Positions 17,568 to 22,767 of a stretch of 22,767 nucleotides of DNA are shown here, piece by piece. Positions within the stretch are counted from its first letter, which is position 1; every line of letters starts with the position of its first letter. The notes beneath the pieces were generated by a model, which was not told the origin of the DNA, ran no database searches, and saw only the letters and a program-made list of their open reading frames with translations. The stretch comes from an uncultured Chroococcidiopsis sp. (GTDB lineage: Bacteria; Cyanobacteriota; Cyanobacteriia; Cyanobacteriales; Chroococcidiopsidaceae): contig CAXTYC010000033.1 in assembly GCA_964248365.1 (NCBI GenBank), positions 1-22,767 on the forward strand, given 5' to 3'. Position numbers and translations under genes: made by a program.

Positions 17568-18191
17568 CTACTGTAAAATTTCTAATACTTTAGCTAAATT
17601 ACCTGCTAATAATGCAGTTTTATCTAACCATAAGCCTGAAAATATTTGAGAGCAAATAATACCATTAGCATTTGGGAGGAGTTGGATATATTCTCCTTCT
17701 CTTAAACTAAACCAATCAAATTGGTTTTCGTACACGCGCCACACAAGATATTCTTGCACTTGATTGCGGCGATAAACTTTCAGTTTTTCGTGTACATCAA
17801 TAGAAGCGCTACTCGCGGCAATTTCTACTATTAATTCTGGCGCACCTTCAACATAATCATCTTCACTAATGCGAGACTGTCCTCCTTCAATTCTTAGCAG
17901 CGCATCGGGTTGAGGTTCGTTGTCTGCGTCTAGACGTACTGTGGCATTATCGCCTAATTCGACTCCTGGCGTAGAAGCTTGATAAAACCCTAGCCCAGTC
18001 ATGATGTAAGCGTGGGGTTTACCATGACTTCTGAATCTTAATGGTGATGACATATAAACTATTCCTTCTATGAGTTCCGCTTTTACCTCGTGCATGGTAT
18101 AGTAGCGGCGCTCGAATTCGCTGCGGGTGAGGCGATCGCCATTTTCCAAAGGCGGAACAGACAAGGGAGGAATTGTGTTTTGAGGTGTCAT
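17568..18191 (-). CDS. Uma2 family putative endonuclease with a probable premature stop near the C-terminus
   Basis: LENGDRLTRSEFERRY, KAELIEGIVYM, PQPDALL, GAPELIVEIAASS, EYLVWRV; ATG 18191; frame continues GLSTLEHQTFVQ after TAG. Confidence 0.9.
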   Translation of the reverse strand: MTPQNTIPPLSVPPLENGDRLTRSEFERRYYTMHEVKAELIEGIVYMSSPLRFRSHGKPHAYIMTGLGFYQASTPGVELGDNATVRLDADNEPQPDALLRIEGGQSRISEDDYVEGAPELIVEIAASSASIDVHEKLKVYRRNQVQEYLVWRVYENQFDWFSLREGEYIQLLPNANGIICSQIFSGLWLDKTALLAGNLAKVLEILQ

Positions 18192-18199
18192 AGTGCAAA

Positions 18200-18217
18200 G
18201 GTGGGCTTTTGCCCACC
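18200..18217. repeat. Hairpin form of the REP-like repeat, GGTGGGC-TTTT-GCCCACC
   Basis: Perfect 7-bp GC-rich stem between the lepA stop and the Uma2 start. Confidence 0.75.
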
Positions 18218-18223
18218 CAACCA

Positions 18224-20038
18224 TTATTGAGCTTGATCCAAACGCAGTACAGCCATAAATGCTTCTTGTGGTACATCCACTGTACCCACTGCTTTCATTC
18301 GCTTTTTACCTTTTGCTTGCTTTTGCAGCAGTTTTTTCTTACGGCTGATGTCGCCACCGTAACATTTGGCTAGCACGTCTTTACGCAAGGCGGGAATGTG
18401 TTCGCTAGCAATAACCTTACTACCGATCGCCGCCTGAATTGGCACTTTAAATTGATGGCGTGGAATCAGTTCTTTCAATTTTTCCGCCATTGCCCGCCCG
18501 ACACCGTAAGCTTTATCACGGTGAACAATCATCGCCAGCGAGTCTACCGGATCTCCATTAATCATAATATCCAGCCGCACTAGAGGATTTTCTCGGTAGC
18601 CAATGAGGTGATATTCCATACTGGCATAACCACGCGATCGGGATTTCATCTGGTCGAAGAAATCTGTCACCACTTCGGCTAAAGGTAACTCATAGGTTAG
18701 GGTAGTCCTTCCCTGAGTTAGATACTTCATGTCTTTGAAGATACCCCGACGGTTTTGACACAATTCCATCAGAGTACCAACAAAGGTTTCTGGGGTAATC
18801 ATGTCTACCTTGACATAAGGCTCTTCTATTTTCTCCCTTTCGTTCGGAGCAGGTAACTTACTGGGATTATCGATGTATAGTTCTTCGCCTTTATTAGTCG
18901 TCACGCGGTAAACCACAGACGGAGCGGTGATTACCAAATCTAAGTCATATTCCCGTTCTAGACGTTCTTGCACAATTTCCATGTGCAGCAGCCCTAAGAA
19001 GCCGCAACGGAAGCCAAATCCCATCGCGCTTGAGGTTTCTGGTTCATATTGCAGGGCAGCATCATTTAGTTTCAGCTTTTCTAGGGCATCGCGCAAGTCT
19101 TCAAACTGATCCGCATCGGTGGGAAACATCCCACAAAATACCATCGGCTTGGCTTCGGTATAACCAGGTAAAGGCGTAGCTGCTGGTTTAGCCGCTAAGG
19201 TAATCGTATCGCCTACCCGTGCATCAGCTACCGCTTTGATAGCTGCTGCTAGGTAGCCTACTTCTCCGGCGTGAAGTTCTTCGACTTGCTTTTGGGTGGG
19301 CGAGAGGACACCTAATTCATCAATTTGGTATTCTTTTTTCGATGCCATTAACTTAATGCGATCGCCTTTTTTAACCGTCCCATCCATTACACGGAAATAT
19401 ACAATTACTCCTCGGTAGCTGTCGTAATAGCTATCAAAAATCAGCGCCCGTAAAGGTTCATCTATCGTGTCGCTAGGTGATGGTACGCGAGACACGATCG
19501 CCTCTAAAATCTCATCAATCCCAATTCCTTCTTTTGCCGAAGCTAAAATAGCCCCACTGCAATCTAACCCGATAATTTCTTCAATCTCACCGATTACTCT
19601 TTCTGGTTCTGCCCCTGGTAAGTCAATTTTATTCAAAACTGGAATAATTTCTAGATTATTCTCTAAGGCTAGATAGACATTTGCCAAAGTTTGTGCTTCT
19701 ACACCTTGAGAAGCATCTACTACCAACAGCGCACCTTCACAAGCAGCAAGAGAGCGAGATACTTCGTAGGAAAAATCTACGTGTCCTGGCGTATCAATTA
19801 GATTGAGAACATAAGACTGACCATCTTTTGCTTTATAATTCATACGAGCCGCTTGCAGCTTAATCGTAATGCCGCGCTCCCGTTCTAAATCCATATTGTC
19901 GAGAAACTGCTCCTTCATTTGCCGCTGATCTACTGTGCCAGTAGTTTGCAACAGGCGATCGGCGAGGGTAGATTTGCCGTGATCGATGTGAGCGATAATA
20001 GAAAAATTCCGAATGCGCTCGGCGGGGACATTAGTCAT
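18224..20038 (-). CDS. lepA: Translation elongation factor 4 (LepA)
   Basis: [61 protein letters not shown]. Confidence 0.99.
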   Translation of the reverse strand: MTNVPAERIRNFSIIAHIDHGKSTLADRLLQTTGTVDQRQMKEQFLDNMDLERERGITIKLQAARMNYKAKDGQSYVLNLIDTPGHVDFSYEVSRSLAACEGALLVVDASQGVEAQTLANVYLALENNLEIIPVLNKIDLPGAEPERVIGEIEEIIGLDCSGAILASAKEGIGIDEILEAIVSRVPSPSDTIDEPLRALIFDSYYDSYRGVIVYFRVMDGTVKKGDRIKLMASKKEYQIDELGVLSPTQKQVEELHAGEVGYLAAAIKAVADARVGDTITLAAKPAATPLPGYTEAKPMVFCGMFPTDADQFEDLRDALEKLKLNDAALQYEPETSSAMGFGFRCGFLGLLHMEIVQERLEREYDLDLVITAPSVVYRVTTNKGEELYIDNPSKLPAPNEREKIEEPYVKVDMITPETFVGTLMELCQNRRGIFKDMKYLTQGRTTLTYELPLAEVVTDFFDQMKSRSRGYASMEYHLIGYRENPLVRLDIMINGDPVDSLAMIVHRDKAYGVGRAMAEKLKELIPRHQFKVPIQAAIGSKVIASEHIPALRKDVLAKCYGGDISRKKKLLQKQAKGKKRMKAVGTVDVPQEAFMAVLRLDQAQ

Positions 20039-20080
20039 ATTTGTTTTGATTTAGCAGCAAGCAACGGTTAAAACATTGAA

Positions 20081-20400
20081 CCAGTTACTAGTTATCAGTT
20101 ACCAGTTACCAGTTACCAGTTACCAGTTATCGATTGCGCAGCAGAGGTTTACTGTTGACTGTTCGCTGTTCCTGGTGGGGGTGAGGGTTACTGTTTCACT
20201 AGTCACGGGCAGAGGGTGGGGTTATTGAGATTATACTTAACGCATTTTAATGCTTTCTGAAGGGCTTAGGAGAGATTGGGAATTAGAGGAGCTGGGGGAG
20301 CTGGGGGAGCTGGGAGGGGAAATTACCCTTTTACCTTTTCCCTTTTCACCAACTACCAACTACCAACTACCCATTACCCATTATCTATAAATTACAAATT
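20081..20400. repeat. Short-period repeat clusters upstream of lepA: (CCAGTTA)n, ACTGTT-type, GGGAGCTG, TTTTACC, CAACTAC
   Basis: Seven CCAGTTA-type units at 20081-20129 plus further tandem families to ~20400. Confidence 0.85.
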
Positions 20401-20568
20401 ACCTCTCTAGTTTGGAGCAATTATTCACCTGTGGAGCTTACAATAGACATGATTGGGCGCAAATACTTCTTTGATATGCGCCCTTTGAAAATTGTCATTT
20501 AGTTTAGATAGGTGTATCTATACTGGCAAAAAACCGTTTGCTACAACAAGTATTGTTTTTTAATGCTT

Positions 20569-20796
20569 ATGAATGGAAACTCAATGGAATCGGATGCTTA
20601 CTCAGACAAGGTAAAAATTTCTATCCAGCTGGATTCTGAATTATTAAGTCAACTCCAGCATTTGACAAACGATCCCAGTAAAGTGATTGAAGTGGCAATC
20701 AGACAGTGGCTGCGGGGTGAAACCCAAAGAGATGATGAACTCACACGCAGTTTTGGGCGAACACCTGTGCCGCCGCGTGGTGAATGGAATGATTAA
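20569..20796 (+). CDS. Small ribbon-helix-helix-like protein
   Basis: KVKISIQLDSELL..L..L...S.VIEVAIRQWL is an RHH pattern; ends PPRGEWND; start 20569 or 20584. Confidence 0.7.
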   Translation: MNGNSMESDAYSDKVKISIQLDSELLSQLQHLTNDPSKVIEVAIRQWLRGETQRDDELTRSFGRTPVPPRGEWND

Positions 20797-20929
20797 TTGA
20801 AAAAAACCAAATTGTTAAATTTTATGCCAAACTCGAAGCAACTATAACTATTAGCGTTTAGCTAACAGCCAACAGCTAACAGTTAAATAGTGCAGTTGTC
20901 TTAGTTGCTGTTTGAGCCCAACCTGAGTA

Positions 20930-22675
20930 ATGAATGTTAATGCAGATTCTCAAAAGTTATATTCTGTGTCTTCTAATTTAGAGTCAGTTGGTTCCAGTTC
21001 TATTTGCTCTTTGTCTGCTATAGGATCCCAGTTAGTGTTTACGCAGGATATCTCAGGACGCTATCTATCTTTTTATTGGCAGAATGAGCAAATAGTCGGC
21101 TCAGTGAATGACACTTTTGAACCTGTAGAAACAGCATCCTATTTGCTCAGGTTGCAGCGAATTCTGGAAAGAGGAATTCCCGAAAGATGCCAGTGCGTAT
21201 TTCGCTATGGGCAGAAGTTATTGGGGTTTGAGTTAGTCATTAGTCCTATATTACCAGCGGGGGGATGCCCGAATTCTGTATTGGTAATGGGACGAATGCT
21301 AGAAGAAGTACAAATAAATGCATCTGCCCTCCACCAACAAACAGCAGTTTATTCTAAAACATGTAATACTATCTCATCCAAGAAACTACTTGGGCAAATT
21401 GCCCGCAACATTCGCCGCACTTTGGATCTCAATACTATTTGGCAGCAAACGGTTGAGAGTTTGGGAGAAGCCTTGGGGGCAAGCCACTGTATTATCTGCT
21501 CGTATAAACCGGAACACATACAGTTGCAGGTAGTGGCTGAGTATCGTCAGATGCCTGTACGTTCAATGTTGGGACAAGAAATAGATGTAATCAATGAACC
21601 TGGCTATTGTCAGGCTTTGGAGACGCTTGCTCCGATTGTAATTGAGAAGACAGAAAATCCTAACTTCCAGCAGTCGCTGTTGGTAGTTGCCACTTGCTAC
21701 GGGGATAAACCTAATGGTCTAATTAGTTTACAGCATTGTGAGCGTGGTAGCAGTCAAGATCCAGATTTGCGTGTGCGTCAGTGGACAGCCGAGGAAATTG
21801 AACTAGTGAGGGATTTAGCCGATCAAGTCGGCACAGCGATCGCTCATGCTACGCTTTACAAACAATTAGAAGAAGCTCGTCAACAAGCCGAAGAAGCCTC
21901 GCGTCTGAAAAGTGAATTTCTCGCTAACACTTCTCATGAACTTCGTACTCCCCTAAATGGGATGCTGGGATTTTTGAAGCTAATTCTAGAGGGAATGGCA
22001 GACGATCCCCAAGAGCAAGAAGAATTTATTCAAGAAGCTTATCGTTCTGGCTTACATCTGCTCAACATCATTAATGACATCTTGGATATTGCCAAGATTG
22101 AAGCGGGTAAGATGGAGCTGGATCTAGGATCAGTTAGACTGCATGAGCTATTTAGTGATGTAGAAGACTTTACCCGAACCCAGGCAGAGCAGAAAAACTT
22201 GAGCTTACATATTCAAATGCCTGCTACCTCTGATGAAATCATTGTCCTGGGGAACTACCAGCGACTGCTGCAAGTGATGCTAAATTTAGTTGGTAACGCG
22301 ATCAAATTCACCCATGAAGGTGGCGTTACCCTTAGCGCTGATGTAGTTCGCAAAAAGGTAATCTTTCAAAACCACGTATTACCTGGGATGGTAAAAGTCC
22401 GTGTCGCAGATACAGGCATCGGTGTTTCTCTAGATAAACAAGATAAACTGTTTCAATCTTTCAGTCAAGTAGACGGCTCCCGCACCCGCCAATATGGTGG
22501 TACTGGCTTAGGGCTAACGATTTCTCAGAAGCTAGTAGAAGCGATGGGAGGAGCAGTGAATTTTTACAGCATGGGCGAAGGACTCGGCTCAACAGTCACT
22601 TTCACTGTACCCCTATATCAAGAACCTGTGATGGCTCTAGCCTCAACGGAAGATTCCCTGGATATGCTGCTGTAG
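20930..22675 (+). CDS. GAF sensor histidine kinase (PAS-like N-region, GAF, HisKA, HATPase_c)
   Basis: FLANTSHELRTPLNG, NLVGNAIKFT, DTGIG, LFQSFSQVD, GGTGLGL are all canonical. Confidence 0.95.
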   Translation: MNVNADSQKLYSVSSNLESVGSSSICSLSAIGSQLVFTQDISGRYLSFYWQNEQIVGSVNDTFEPVETASYLLRLQRILERGIPERCQCVFRYGQKLLGFELVISPILPAGGCPNSVLVMGRMLEEVQINASALHQQTAVYSKTCNTISSKKLLGQIARNIRRTLDLNTIWQQTVESLGEALGASHCIICSYKPEHIQLQVVAEYRQMPVRSMLGQEIDVINEPGYCQALETLAPIVIEKTENPNFQQSLLVVATCYGDKPNGLISLQHCERGSSQDPDLRVRQWTAEEIELVRDLADQVGTAIAHATLYKQLEEARQQAEEASRLKSEFLANTSHELRTPLNGMLGFLKLILEGMADDPQEQEEFIQEAYRSGLHLLNIINDILDIAKIEAGKMELDLGSVRLHELFSDVEDFTRTQAEQKNLSLHIQMPATSDEIIVLGNYQRLLQVMLNLVGNAIKFTHEGGVTLSADVVRKKVIFQNHVLPGMVKVRVADTGIGVSLDKQDKLFQSFSQVDGSRTRQYGGTGLGLTISQKLVEAMGGAVNFYSMGEGLGSTVTFTVPLYQEPVMALASTEDSLDMLL

Positions 22676-22767
22676 GAGTCAGGAGGCAAGAGGCGAGAGG
22701 TGAGAGGCGAGAGGTTCAGGGGAGAGTGCGAGATAATTTCGACTTTCGAATGCGCGACTTTCGACTT
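22676..22767. repeat. Heptamer repeats (GAGGCGA, TTCGACT)
   Basis: Same GAGAGGC family as at ~4260-4280. Confidence 0.7.

Noticed and set aside
18192..18224. lepA-Uma2 overlap / translational coupling via ATG 18224
   Set aside because: The extension MVGWAKAHL is the translated REP-like hairpin; ATG 18191 is more plausible.
1262..19676. Short antisense or alternate-frame ORFs over ictB, the pseudokinase, gun4, icd, glgB, rpmB, htpG, the photolyase partner, the IS and lepA
   Set aside because: They overlap well-supported genes and show no recognisable motifs, so they are treated as shadow ORFs.
606..21843. HIP1 abundance (about 21 GCGATCGC, roughly 1 per kb) as a novelty
   Set aside because: A well-known cyanobacterial genome signature.

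Overview
Cyanobacterial chromosomal DNA, with about 21 HIP1 octamers (GCGATCGC) and heptamer tandem repeats in most intergenic gaps, as seen in Nostocales and related lineages. The backbone is housekeeping: 2OG-Fe(II) oxygenase, ictB-like O-antigen ligase family protein, GUN4, icd, GST, glgB, rpmB, htpG, lepA and a canonical GAF histidine kinase. Five things stand out. (1) A two-gene photolyase-like module: an Fe-S/FAD catalytic domain followed by a separately encoded alpha/beta (antenna-like) domain. (2) A full-length GAF-HisKA-HATPase protein lacking the phospho-His and the ATP-binding boxes, i.e. a pseudokinase. (3) A probably inactive IS630 element between the 3' stub of an AvaII/TdeIII-like restriction endonuclease and an unrelated 22-codon gene start, which suggests IS-associated deletion of an R-M locus. 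(4) A stretch of defence/TA remnants beside two Uma2 genes, one of which has a premature stop. (5) A dispersed G-rich REP-like repeat found just downstream of stop codons. All family calls come from motif recognition only; no database searches were run.
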